Below, in pieces: positions 9,239 through 18,447 of a stretch of 24,000 nt of DNA (positions within the stretch are counted from its first letter, which is position 1; each line of letters begins with the position of its first letter). The notes under the pieces were generated by a model. The model had not been told where the DNA came from, did not search any database, and saw only the letters and a program-made list of their open reading frames with translations. This DNA comes from an uncultured archaeon (GTDB taxonomy: Archaea > Asgardarchaeota > Thorarchaeia > Thorarchaeales > Thorarchaeaceae). The translations under genes were made by a program, and so were the position numbers. The stretch is from contig CAZSWP010000003.1 of assembly GCA_964610875.1 (NCBI GenBank), positions 101,148 through 125,147 on the forward strand, given 5' to 3'.

Positions 9239-9994
9239 TTGAAAGAAATTGTACTAATGCCCAAAATTTACGGTCAATACCGTAATAGACTATCCAATCA
9301 GATAGAGTCAGATATTCACGAAATGGTGCGAGAATTAGATGCCAGAATAATGCGCTTCTCTCTTGACAATAGAGGTCATCCAAAACTCATTGTTGAAGGA
9401 AAGGACGAAGAATTTGTAATAAATGTATTACGAACTGAATTTGGTGAAGCACTAACATTTCATCAAGCACTTCCTAACACATCATATCATGGAAATTTAA
9501 TTGATGTTGGAAAGGTAGGCTATGGTCTTTATATTGACATTGGAATTGTCGAACCTGAATTTTCAGATGCTTTAATCCCATTGCATAGACTTAGAGAACA
9601 ACTCGATATGGAAGGCATGTCTACTCGAAAAATCGCAAAGAATCTAAATCTCGTTGATTATCTTCCAGTAGAAGTAACCATCATAGAAACAGACTCATCT
9701 GACTCAAAAATAGAGGCTGAATTTAGTGATGTTCTGCTACAGAGGCTTGAGAACTGGATCAATGATGACCATGAACGACTTCTTGTGTTTGGCGCCAATC
9801 GAGAGATGATTGAAACTGCTTTAGGCATAACACATCATCTTGAAGACATTTATGAATTCGAACAACTAGGGCATCTTGAGTTTGCACTGAGATGTAAAAG
9901 AAGTACACGTGCGTCAGGAATTCTTGCTGCTATAGGCCCAAAACTAAAGGGAGTTCCAATGCATCTCTTCATACCATCAGAAATAGAGAGATGA
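9239..9994 (+). CDS. Conserved archaeal protein, DUF2110-like, encoded next to tfe
   Basis: 251 aa, TTG start. MPKIYGQYRNRLSNQIES and VGYGLYIDIGIVEP...ALIPLHRLREQL match my recollection of DUF2110 proteins; family assignment needs a search. Confidence 0.6.
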   Translation: MKEIVLMPKIYGQYRNRLSNQIESDIHEMVRELDARIMRFSLDNRGHPKLIVEGKDEEFVINVLRTEFGEALTFHQALPNTSYHGNLIDVGKVGYGLYIDIGIVEPEFSDALIPLHRLREQLDMEGMSTRKIAKNLNLVDYLPVEVTIIETDSSDSKIEAEFSDVLLQRLENWINDDHERLLVFGANREMIETALGITHHLEDIYEFEQLGHLEFALRCKRSTRASGILAAIGPKLKGVPMHLFIPSEIER

Positions 9995-10672
9995 ATGATG
10001 CCACGAATTGATGTTTGGCTTGTGGAACAGGGACTATTCAAATCAAGGCAGGCTGCAAAGAGAGCTATAAGGAATGGATACGTAAAAGTCAATGGGGTCA
10101 TAGCAAAGCCGTCTACCAAAATTTCTGGAAACGAATCGGTTGAGGTTTCCGATGATGCTAAAGATGTGCCACTTGGTTATACTAAACTAAGGCAGATAAA
10201 TCATCATCTCCATAACAGACTTATCCAATCTGGAATGAGAGCACTAGATATTGGTAGTTCTGTAGGAGGTTTTCTCAAGTATCTACTAGAAAAAGATGTC
10301 ATTGTAACAGGAATTGAAATTTCAGATGAATTCATACAAGAGTTAGAACATCTAGTAGAAGAATATGACACACTCTCATTGATTATAGATGATGCATTTC
10401 TCCTCGAGCCCTCAGAACTGTTTGAAAAAGAAGACTTTGATTTACTTCTCATTGATGTAACAACAGATCCGGATGGCACAATCTCACTAGCAGAGAAATA
10501 CTCCCTATTTGTGAAAAAAGGAGGGTACATGCTGCTGGCAATCAAATCACAAGAAGATGACCTCGAAAGAAAAACGATTGATCATGTACTCCAAGAATTA
10601 GGGTTCTCTGAATTACAAGTAATACAACTTGATGACTCAAAGAAGGAAATACACATAGTAGCTCTTCGCTAG
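9995..10672 (+). CDS. TlyA-like protein: S4 RNA-binding domain fused to FtsJ-like methyltransferase
   Basis: N-terminal S4 MPRIDVWLVEQGLFKSRQAAKRAIRNGYVKVNGVIAKPSTKI, then MRALDIGSSVGGFLKYLLEK, FDLLLIDVT and KKGGYMLLAIKSQ. Confidence 0.82.
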   Translation: MMPRIDVWLVEQGLFKSRQAAKRAIRNGYVKVNGVIAKPSTKISGNESVEVSDDAKDVPLGYTKLRQINHHLHNRLIQSGMRALDIGSSVGGFLKYLLEKDVIVTGIEISDEFIQELEHLVEEYDTLSLIIDDAFLLEPSELFEKEDFDLLLIDVTTDPDGTISLAEKYSLFVKKGGYMLLAIKSQEDDLERKTIDHVLQELGFSELQVIQLDDSKKEIHIVALR

Positions 10673-10711
10673 TAAGCAACTCTTTTATTGGGATTAGACT
10701 AGCGATGGATA

Positions 10712-10821
10712 GGGCCGCTAGTCTAGCCCGGCTATGATGTCTCGTTTACACCGAGAATTCGCATGAGCATCATGCTCATCGACATCGAAGGTCGCTGGTT
10801 CAAATCCGGCGCGGCCCACCA
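10712..10821 (+). tRNA. tRNA-Val (anticodon TAC) with intron, genomically encoded CCA
   Basis: Acceptor GGGCCGC (10712-10718) pairs GCGGCCC (10811-10817). Anticodon arm TCTCG-TTTACAC-CGAGA (10740-10756), anticodon TAC at 10747-10749. T-arm GCTGG-TTCAAAT-CCGGC, A73, CCA. An extra 32 nt lies between the anticodon stem and variable loop. Confidence 0.9.
10758..10789 (+). other. Predicted non-canonical tRNA-Val intron (near position 44/45)
   Basis: Removing 32 nt restores the variable loop AGGTC. Boundaries are ambiguous over 4 positions; this choice gives 3 of 4 BHB central-helix pairs (C52-G87, G53-C86, A54-T85, all 107xx) and an inner TCG/CGA plus ATGAGCA/TGCTCAT hairpin. Confidence 0.6.
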
Positions 10822-10887
10822 CTTTTTCAACCTTGGACAAATAACAAAGGTTGAAGAGTAAAAACGCCCGAAAAAAGTCATGCAAAT

Positions 10888-11009
10888 GCGGGAGTAGCCA
10901 AGCCCGGTCAAAGGCGGTGGACTTAAGATCGGATGAATTACGGGGTCATTACGTATAGGACATCCACTCTCGTAGGAGTCCGTGGGTTCGAAGCCCACCT
11001 CCCGCACCA
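10888..11009 (+). tRNA. tRNA-Leu (anticodon TAA), class II, with canonical intron, encoded CCA
   Basis: Acceptor GCGGGAG/CTCCCGC. Anticodon stem GTGGA/TCCAC, loop CTTAAG+A, anticodon 10924-10926. Long variable arm TCTCGTAGGAGTCC, T-arm GTGGG-TTCGAAG-CCCAC. Confidence 0.93.
10928..10961 (+). other. tRNA-Leu intron at 37/38 (34 nt)
   Basis: BHB central helix CTTA (10922-10925) pairs TAGG (10956-10959), with 3-nt bulges AG|A and AC|A. Confidence 0.85.
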
Positions 11010-11065
11010 TCTTTTCTATTCAGATAGTCTTATTGGTAATCAGATGTTCCAACCACAAGAGTACA

Positions 11066-12385
11066 ATGACCTATAAAGACCTCATTTTTCCAGATGGATT
11101 TCAGTGGGGTAGTGCAGCATCAGCCCATCAGACTGAAGGAGATAATCACAATAACTGGAGCGACTGGGAAAAGATTCCTGGCAAGATAAAGGATGATAGC
11201 GACTCCAGTATTGCATGTGATCATTACAACAGGTATCAGGAAGACTTCGAACTGGCAAAACAGCTTGGGCATCAAGTCCATCGTTTCTCCATCGAATGGA
11301 GTCGGATTGAACCAAAACAGGGTGAATGGAATCTAAAGGAGATTGACCATTACAAGTCCGTAATCAAATCATTAATAGATCTTGATATTCAACCAATGGT
11401 CACACTTCACCATTTCACAGAGCCCATTTGGTTCAGAAACATTGGTTCATGGCTGAATCCTGAGTCTGCGGAAACATTTGCACCTTTTTGCCGAAAAGTT
11501 GCTGAAGCGTTTAATGAATTTGATATCATCTGGAATACCATAAACGAACCAATCATTGTTGCATCTCTAGGATATCTCTTTGGAGATTTTCCTCCAGAAA
11601 TCAAAGACTTTGGAAAGACCGTAGAAGTTGCAATGAATCTCCTCAAGGCACATGGTCAAGCGGCAACACAAATACGTGAAGTATACAGTGACTTAGGGAA
11701 GCTACAACCTCAGATTGCTCCTGTACTCAGTGTTTCATATTTCATGCCACATAATCCACAAAATGAAGATGACTTGGAACTGGTTGCATATCTTGATGAT
11801 CTCTACAATCACAACTGGATCAGGGGTGCCATAAAGGGAATACTTCCAGAACCAATGGGTGATGGTAGTAGATACAAGCCACTTGAAAAATCGGTAGATT
11901 TCATAGGTGTGAACTATTACAGTAGGATGGTAGTGTCCTCGGAGATGGATTTCACGTCAGGTGAGATGCCTCCTAAAGATCCCAATCTTGAGAGGTGTGA
12001 GGGTCTTGACTGGGAGGTCTATCCTGAAGGCTACTATCATGTTTTGAAATCTTACTGGGATTCATACAATAAACCTCTCTTTTTGACTGAGAATGGAATT
12101 GGAACTAGTGACGATACAGTCAAACAGCGATACTTGATTACACATCTTCAGCAGGTACACAGAGCGATTGAGGAAGGTGCAGATATTCGAGGATATCTAG
12201 TATGGTCTCTGACTGATAACTTTGAATGGGCTGAAGGTTTCAGTAGTCATTTTGGACTTGTTGAAGTAGACTATGAAACCTTAGAACGCACTCCACGAGA
12301 GAGTGCATTCATGTTTCGTGATATCATACAGAATAATGGTATAACCTCTGGACTCCAAAAGAAATACCTTGATTCGAAGCAATAA
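11066..12385 (+). CDS. Glycoside hydrolase family 1 (beta-glucosidase/beta-galactosidase-like)
   Basis: FPDGFQWGSAASAHQTEG, acid/base motif TINEPI, nucleophile motif LTENG. The ORF-track start at 10982 lies inside tRNA-Leu, so ATG 11066 (MTYKDLIFPDG) is used. Confidence 0.93.
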   Translation: MTYKDLIFPDGFQWGSAASAHQTEGDNHNNWSDWEKIPGKIKDDSDSSIACDHYNRYQEDFELAKQLGHQVHRFSIEWSRIEPKQGEWNLKEIDHYKSVIKSLIDLDIQPMVTLHHFTEPIWFRNIGSWLNPESAETFAPFCRKVAEAFNEFDIIWNTINEPIIVASLGYLFGDFPPEIKDFGKTVEVAMNLLKAHGQAATQIREVYSDLGKLQPQIAPVLSVSYFMPHNPQNEDDLELVAYLDDLYNHNWIRGAIKGILPEPMGDGSRYKPLEKSVDFIGVNYYSRMVVSSEMDFTSGEMPPKDPNLERCEGLDWEVYPEGYYHVLKSYWDSYNKPLFLTENGIGTSDDTVKQRYLITHLQQVHRAIEEGADIRGYLVWSLTDNFEWAEGFSSHFGLVEVDYETLERTPRESAFMFRDIIQNNGITSGLQKKYLDSKQ

Positions 12386-12437
12386 TGATGTTCAAATAGA
12401 AACATCTAAAGCAACAACTGAGGCGGCATAGTCTACA

Positions 12438-13001
12438 ATGCCTTTTCAGACTTTTATTATCTCAGCATGTCTTATCTTAATTATGGAATTAGGTGATAAG
12501 ACCATGTTGACAGCAATGTGTCTTAGTGCACAGTACCGAAGGTCTGGTATTGTTCTTCTCGCAACGATGCTTGCATTGACATTCTCAACTATAATTGCGA
12601 TAGTCATAGCATGGATTCTTTCTGCAACACTACCTGTCGAAATTATAATCTACATCTCTGGATTTCTATTCATATTGCTTGGTATTCACTCGCTAGTCAA
12701 AAGTAATTCCGAAGAGGTAGACAACTGTGAAAATCCAGGGACATTCCTAAGTATGTTCTCACTGGTATTATTCTCAGAATTAGGCGATAAGAGTCAGCTA
12801 GCAACCTTAGCTCTTGCTGCACAATCACTGTATCCCCTGATGGTATTTGTTGGTGCTATTTTGGGATTTCTAATTGTGAACCTGCTAGGCGTTGTAGTGG
12901 GTAAGAAAACATCATCTAGAATTTCAATCAAGACTGTGAAGAAGGTAGCTGGTCTGGTCTTCATAGTGTTTGGTATTCTCATTATCTTTGGTTTTCTCTA
13001 G
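12438..13001 (+). CDS. GDT1/TMEM165 (UPF0016) family cation/proton exchanger-like membrane protein
   Basis: Two E-x-G-D-K-[TS] motifs (MELGDKTMLTA and SELGDKSQLATLALAAQ) in duplicated 3-TM halves. Confidence 0.9.
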   Translation: MPFQTFIISACLILIMELGDKTMLTAMCLSAQYRRSGIVLLATMLALTFSTIIAIVIAWILSATLPVEIIIYISGFLFILLGIHSLVKSNSEEVDNCENPGTFLSMFSLVLFSELGDKSQLATLALAAQSLYPLMVFVGAILGFLIVNLLGVVVGKKTSSRISIKTVKKVAGLVFIVFGILIIFGFL

Positions 13002-13065
13002 TAAGACGAAGCCTTTATGACTCGCCTAAGAGGGAATCATTCGTAGCATTGAGGTGTGATATATA

Positions 13066-14418
13066 GTGAGTCTGGACGAGTCAGGATATACTGGATCTGT
13101 ATTACAATTAATAGCATCAGCCAATGCAAAAGTTGGCGACCAAGTCAAAATATCACACGATGATTCTGAGTTCATTGGAATCCTTATGCCACGCAGCCAA
13201 GTTGGTTCTGACCCTAATCATATTGTTATCAAACTTGAGAGCGGATATAATATCGGCATCAGATTGTCTGAAAACACTACACTTGAGAAAATCAAGACAC
13301 CTCGTAGACCGAAACGAAAGGATATTGAAACAACAACTCTAACTACGAAGGGGTTGCCTAAAGTCTCAGTATTGAGTACCGGTGGAACAATTGCAAGTAG
13401 AGTTGATTATCGTACTGGTGCCGTGAATCCCGCTCTAACAGCACAAGATTTCTATGATTCCATTCCTGAATTACAGGAACATGCAAACATAACAGCAAAG
13501 ATAATGATGAGTGTTCTCTCTGAGAATGTCCATCCCAGTGATTGGGAAAAAATAGCGCGTAGTGTTGCATCTCAAATACGCAATAGTGCAGATGGCGTTG
13601 TTGTTGCTCATGGTACTGATACTCTTGCTTTCACTGCAACCGCTCTTGCATTTGCACTACAAGATTTACCAGTACCAGTGGCACTTGTTGGTTCACAAAG
13701 GTCTTCTGATAGGCCATCATCCGATGCATCCTTGAATCTAATTGGTGCTATAGACTTAGTAGGACGGGTTCATGCGGCAGAAGTAATGGTTGTGATGCAT
13801 GGAGTACCAGATGACAGCTTTCTCTATGCTCACAGAGCTGCACGGTCTCGTAAACTACATACTAGCAGAAGGGATGCCTTTCAATCAGTCAATGCACTCC
13901 CTCTATTCAAGATTGATAATGGAGAATCGTTCGAACTCAATGTGCCTCTACGGCGACGTGACAAGGATAGAAAACTCAAATTAAAAGCAAAATTTGATGA
14001 TAGAGTTGCTCTAGTAAAGACACATCCTGGAATTCATGACTCTTTTATTACCAGTCTGATCGATAGTGACTACAAAGGTATAATCATAGAGGGCACAGGA
14101 CTTGGTCATATTCCTGAGTGCATCTATCCTGGAATTCGCAAAGCAATTGCGGAAGACATCATTGTTGCAATGACAAGCCAGTGCATAAACGGACGAGTGG
14201 ATATGAATGTCTATCGCACAGGAGTAGAGCTCCTTGAGATGGGAGTGATATCCTGTGAGGATATGTTGTCTGAGGTCGCTCTGGTAAAACTAATGTGGCT
14301 TTTAGCAAATCAGAAGGATTCGGATAAGATTCGAGTTCAGATGGTTCAATCTCTGGTAGGCGAGATAGATATGCGAAGTGAACTCTCTGAATATACTGGA
14401 AACTCGGAGTTGATGTAG
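13066..14418 (+). CDS. gatD: Glutamyl-tRNA(Gln) amidotransferase subunit D
   Basis: GTG start. Asparaginase-like VSVLSTGGTIASRVDYRTGAV, VVVAHGTDTLAFTATAL and VGSQRSSDRPSSDASLNLIGA; adjacent to gatE. Confidence 0.96.
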   Translation: MSLDESGYTGSVLQLIASANAKVGDQVKISHDDSEFIGILMPRSQVGSDPNHIVIKLESGYNIGIRLSENTTLEKIKTPRRPKRKDIETTTLTTKGLPKVSVLSTGGTIASRVDYRTGAVNPALTAQDFYDSIPELQEHANITAKIMMSVLSENVHPSDWEKIARSVASQIRNSADGVVVAHGTDTLAFTATALAFALQDLPVPVALVGSQRSSDRPSSDASLNLIGAIDLVGRVHAAEVMVVMHGVPDDSFLYAHRAARSRKLHTSRRDAFQSVNALPLFKIDNGESFELNVPLRRRDKDRKLKLKAKFDDRVALVKTHPGIHDSFITSLIDSDYKGIIIEGTGLGHIPECIYPGIRKAIAEDIIVAMTSQCINGRVDMNVYRTGVELLEMGVISCEDMLSEVALVKLMWLLANQKDSDKIRVQMVQSLVGEIDMRSELSEYTGNSELM

Positions 14419-14419
14419 C

Positions 14420-16339
14420 ATGGTGTCTAAAGAACATTACAAGAAAATCAGACTCATGGTTGGCCTGGAACTCCATCAACAATTGGACACCTCAAGAAAA
14501 CTCTACTGTCATTGTCCTACACTCATCCGCGATGACGAACCTCATGGCAAAATCATTAGGCGACTCAGACCTACCAAAAGTGAGATGGGGGAGATTGATC
14601 CAGCAGCTCTCTTCGAGTTTCAAAGGAAGAAGCGATTCTGCTATGAATACTACAATGATAGCACATGTCTGGTAGAAGCAGATGAAGAACCTCCTCATGA
14701 CATCAGTAGCGAGGCAATCGACATATGTCTTACAATGGCAGAGTTTCTAGAGTCTACACCTGTAGATGAGATTCACCCTATGCGTAAAATCGTAATCGAC
14801 GGATCAAATACAACAGGATTCCAACGAACGGCTATTATCTCTCAAGGCGGGAGTGTTGAAGTCGAAGGGAAAACGATTGGAATTCAAGCCATCAGTCTGG
14901 AAGAAGATGCGGCAAGAAAAATTGATGAAGATGACAAGAACAACATGAGAATCTACCGTCTAGATCGTTTGGGCATCCCTCTGATTGAGATTGCTACAGC
15001 TCCAGATATCAACACACCTGATGAGGCGCAGAATGTAGCACTAACTCTTGGACTACTCTTGAGAGCTACAGGCAAGGTGAAGCGTGGACTTGGCACGATT
15101 CGACAAGATGTGAACATCTCAATTCAAGATGGTGCCATTATGGAAATCAAGGGGTTACAACAACTCGATTTACTCTCCGTGGTGGTAGAATATGAAGCAC
15201 TTCGACAAGAACGACTACTAAATATTAGAGATACTCTCATTGAACGCGGAATTACTCCGGATACTATCAAGGATGATATCGTCAATGTGACAGCTGAGCT
15301 ATCAAAAAGCGAATCGAAGGTCTTGAAGCGCGCTTTGAAAGCAGATGGCTCCATTTTTGCTGTCAAACTACCCGGTTTTGCAGGACTAATCGGTATGGAG
15401 ATACAACCCAATCGTCGACTCGGAACAGAATTATCCGATTATGCGAAGTTCTGGGGCAACGTGGGAGGGATATTCCATACTGATGAACTACCAAAACATG
15501 GGATAACCCAAGATGAAGTAGATAGAATACGAAAGACACTCAAGACAGAAGAAGAGGACGCCGTTGTACTAGTTGCTGCTGCAAAAGAGAATTGTATAGA
15601 TGCTCTTACTGCAGTTGTAGAGCGTGCAAGAGAGGCTGTAATTGGGGTCCCAGCTGAAACACGTACACCACTACCAAATGGTACATCAAAATACGCTCGT
15701 CCGCGACCTGGCGCAAGTCGAATGTATCCCGAAACCGATGTACGACCAGTAAAAATCACAGAATCACACCTTCGTAAAATCAAGAAAAATATGCCCGAAA
15801 CCCTTGAAGAGAAGGAGAAACGTTACATAGCTGAACACAAATTGAGCCAAGAACTCGCTTTACAAATGGCCAAGTCTTTGAATATGGACCTCTTTGAAAA
15901 ACTTGTAGAAGAAACTGGCGAAAGCCCAACTCTGATTGCGGCCACTCTTGAGAATACTGTTGTCAGTCTTCACCGAGATGAAATCCCAACAGAACAAATA
16001 ACTGACCAGCACTTCATCGAACTTTTCCACATGACCAAAAGGGGGAAGATAGCACAAGATGCGATAGCAGAAATCCTCACATATCTTGCAAACCATCCCA
16101 ATTTCAGTGTAGAAGATGCAATCGAAGCTAAAGGACTTGGTATAGTTGATCAAGATGAGTTAACCGCAACCATCAGAAAAATCGTTAAAGAACGAAAGGA
16201 CTACATTCTTGAAGCTGGTGATAGAGCTATTGGTGGTCTAATGGGTGCTGCCATGAAGGAGTTACGCGGGAAAGCCGATGGTAAGACTGTAAAGAATTTG
16301 ATAGCAGCTGAGGTAAAACGAGTTCTGGACTCATCATGA
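14420..16339 (+). CDS. gatE: Glutamyl-tRNA(Gln) amidotransferase subunit E
   Basis: VGLELHQQLDTSRKLYCHCP, YRLDRLGIPLIEIATAPDI, GLGTIRQDVNISI and a GAD-like insertion. Starts 2 nt after gatD stops. Confidence 0.97.
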   Translation: MVSKEHYKKIRLMVGLELHQQLDTSRKLYCHCPTLIRDDEPHGKIIRRLRPTKSEMGEIDPAALFEFQRKKRFCYEYYNDSTCLVEADEEPPHDISSEAIDICLTMAEFLESTPVDEIHPMRKIVIDGSNTTGFQRTAIISQGGSVEVEGKTIGIQAISLEEDAARKIDEDDKNNMRIYRLDRLGIPLIEIATAPDINTPDEAQNVALTLGLLLRATGKVKRGLGTIRQDVNISIQDGAIMEIKGLQQLDLLSVVVEYEALRQERLLNIRDTLIERGITPDTIKDDIVNVTAELSKSESKVLKRALKADGSIFAVKLPGFAGLIGMEIQPNRRLGTELSDYAKFWGNVGGIFHTDELPKHGITQDEVDRIRKTLKTEEEDAVVLVAAAKENCIDALTAVVERAREAVIGVPAETRTPLPNGTSKYARPRPGASRMYPETDVRPVKITESHLRKIKKNMPETLEEKEKRYIAEHKLSQELALQMAKSLNMDLFEKLVEETGESPTLIAATLENTVVSLHRDEIPTEQITDQHFIELFHMTKRGKIAQDAIAEILTYLANHPNFSVEDAIEAKGLGIVDQDELTATIRKIVKERKDYILEAGDRAIGGLMGAAMKELRGKADGKTVKNLIAAEVKRVLDSS

Positions 16340-16436
16340 TTTTTTTGTGAGGACGGCAACTTTAATAGCGCAACCCGCTGGTTTGCTCAAACTGTGGAAT
16401 CTGGGCTTTGTCCATTCCATTTTACCTGAGAAACGT

Positions 16437-16574
16437 GCCGCAGTGGCCTAGCCTGGCAGGGCGCGAGACTCATAATCTGATTGAACTACTCAATCAAAAA
16501 TATGGGGTCAACGTCTCGAAGGCCCGAGATGAGAAATCTCGAAGTCGAGGGCTCGAATCCCTCCTGCGGCACCA
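16437..16574 (+). tRNA. tRNA-Met (anticodon CAT; elongator, or tRNA-Ile2 with modified C34) with canonical intron, encoded CCA
   Basis: Acceptor GCCGCAG/CTGCGGC. Anticodon stem CGAGA (16464-16468)/TCTCG (16537-16541), anticodon 16471-16473. T-arm GAGGG-CTCGAAT-CCCTC. Lacks the GGG/CCC anticodon stem of initiators. Confidence 0.93.
16475..16535 (+). other. tRNA-Met intron at 37/38 (61 nt)
   Basis: BHB central helix CTCA (16469-16472) pairs TGAG (16530-16533) with bulges TA|A and AA|A; inner helix TCT/AGA. Confidence 0.88.
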
Positions 16575-16950
16575 TCTCTCTTCCAAAATAGATGAATACA
16601 ATGACAATGCTACAAGTCAGGTATTTCTTCATGACTAGAATGACCAAATACAATCCGGACTCTCTAATAGAGAAGAAAAAGTGCAGTCATCAATTGAATT
16701 GGAATTGGTCCTGTATAGTAGAGAAAGTTGATTGGTGGAATTATCATTAGTGGAACAAGGAAACTGCCCATCGGAACGATTAGTGTACAGGCCTCCAAAA
16801 ATAGCGGTTCAATCAACAAAGAATGATTTAGATATCGTTTCACAATCTTTCCATCAATCAATTTATTTAGACCTTAACGGTTGCGCAAAAGGGGTCGTAG
16901 GTGGTATACAATTCCTATCGACCGTTTCACCAATCTGATGGTGTTGTCTA

Positions 16951-18447
16951 TTGGAGAGAAATCAGGGAATAATCAGCGTCTTCGACAAGACAGGAATTAT
17001 TGATTTTTGCAACAAAATATCAGAATATTTTCACTTTATCAGTACAGGAAAGACCGCAAAACTTCTCGAATCAGCCAACATACCTGTAAACACTGTTTCC
17101 AGTGTGACAAACTATCCTGAGATACTTGATGGGCGTGTAAAGACTCTGCATCCAAAAATCATGGGTGGCATCCTTGGGACTGCCGCGCACGAAACCGAGC
17201 TCAAACAAATGGACCTTCGACCAATAGGTTTGGTCGTTGTTAATTTGTATCCTTTTGAACAGGTCGTTTCAAAACCACATGCGTTCATGGATGCAATAGA
17301 GAATATCGATATTGGCGGCGTGACACTTCTGCGAGCAGCTGCTAAGAACTATCATGAAGTCATAGTGGTCAGTTCTCCTGAAGACTATGGTAGTGTGGCA
17401 GACGCGATAAAATCAGAATCGCTATCCATGGAATTTCGGAAAGAACTAGCCAAGGAAGCTTTCTTCCATACTGCAAAATATGATATTGCTATCAGTAAAT
17501 ATCTCTCATCAGAAGACAGATTTCCACCAAGTTTTGTCTTGGGATTTGACCGTCCTCAACACTTGCGATATGGTGAGAACTGGCATCAAGAAGCTCGATA
17601 TTATCTCCGAACCGACAAGGAGCCATTCTTTGAACAAATTCATGGGAAGGAGGTTTCTTACAACAATCTTGTTGATTTCTATGCCGCTATCGGACTATTT
17701 TCTGAGCATAACGGACCAGCATGCGCAATAATCAAACACACAAGTCCTTGTGGTTTTGCTACTGGTGATGACATTGAAACTGCTTTTGATCATGCTTTTG
17801 CCACGGACAATCTTTCTGCATTCGGTTCGATTATGGGTTTCAACCGCCCGGTGACCGCTGAACTAGCTAGAAAAGTCAATGCAATGTTTGTGGATGGAAT
17901 CATTGCACATAGCTATCATGATGATGCACTTGAGATACTGAAAAAGAAGAAAAACATCATAATCTGCAATTTCAAAGAGTATGAAATTCCTGATTTGACA
18001 ATAAGATTGGTTCCCAATGGAATCCTAGTTCAACCAACGGACACTCACATCATCTCAGAATTGGACTTCAAAGTGGTCACAAAGAAATCACCAACGCCTG
18101 AACAGATGAAGGAACTCATCTTCGCGTGGAAAGTAGTGAAATATGCCAAGTCTAATGCAGCAGTCATAAGTAAGAGGACACGAACCCTTGGAATAGGCAT
18201 GGGTCAGACTTCCAGAATCGCAGCTGTAGAACTCGCTTTACAACGTGCAGGTGATAGAGCAAGGAATGCAGTAATGGCATCTGATGCGTTCTTTCCGTAT
18301 CGTGACTCCGTAGATGCAGCTGTACAAAAGGGAGTCACTGCAATAATTGCACCTGGTGGTTCGATACGTGACAGTGAATCAATAAAAGCTGCAGACGAAG
18401 TCGGAATTACAATGGTCTGGTCCGGCAAACGAGCTTTTTTGCATTAA
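16951..18447 (+). CDS. purH: Bifunctional AICAR transformylase/IMP cyclohydrolase
   Basis: N-terminal ISVFDKTGIIDFCN, DGRVKTLHPKIMGGIL, NLYPFEQ and IDIGGVTLLRAAAKNY; C-terminal IIKHTSPCGFATG, DAFFPYRDSVD and GGSIRDSE. TTG start; an in-frame stop lies 13 nt upstream. Confidence 0.94.
   Translation: MERNQGIISVFDKTGIIDFCNKISEYFHFISTGKTAKLLESANIPVNTVSSVTNYPEILDGRVKTLHPKIMGGILGTAAHETELKQMDLRPIGLVVVNLYPFEQVVSKPHAFMDAIENIDIGGVTLLRAAAKNYHEVIVVSSPEDYGSVADAIKSESLSMEFRKELAKEAFFHTAKYDIAISKYLSSEDRFPPSFVLGFDRPQHLRYGENWHQEARYYLRTDKEPFFEQIHGKEVSYNNLVDFYAAIGLFSEHNGPACAIIKHTSPCGFATGDDIETAFDHAFATDNLSAFGSIMGFNRPVTAELARKVNAMFVDGIIAHSYHDDALEILKKKKNIIICNFKEYEIPDLTIRLVPNGILVQPTDTHIISELDFKVVTKKSPTPEQMKELIFAWKVVKYAKSNAAVISKRTRTLGIGMGQTSRIAAVELALQRAGDRARNAVMASDAFFPYRDSVDAAVQKGVTAIIAPGGSIRDSESIKAADEVGITMVWSGKRAFLH

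Noticed and set aside
10758-10789. Canonical 37/38 placement for the tRNA-Val intron
   Set aside because: A 37/38 junction would need ATCGA to pair with TCTCG, which fails at two positions, while CGAGA directly after the 7-nt loop pairs perfectly.
10732-11010. 93-aa minus-strand ORF (MVREVGFEPTDSYESG...)
   Set aside because: Antisense to tRNA-Val and tRNA-Leu. The (V)REVGFEPT peptide is a well-known artefact of translating the complement of a tRNA 3' end.
10982-11065. N-terminal extension of the GH1 ORF in the track
   Set aside because: It begins inside the tRNA-Leu gene and the extra residues do not match GH1; ATG 11066 fits the family start.
14460-15783. Several 68-114 aa ORFs within gatE, such as 15124..15411 and 15439..15783
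   Set aside because: All are antisense or out of frame within a strongly conserved full-length GatE.
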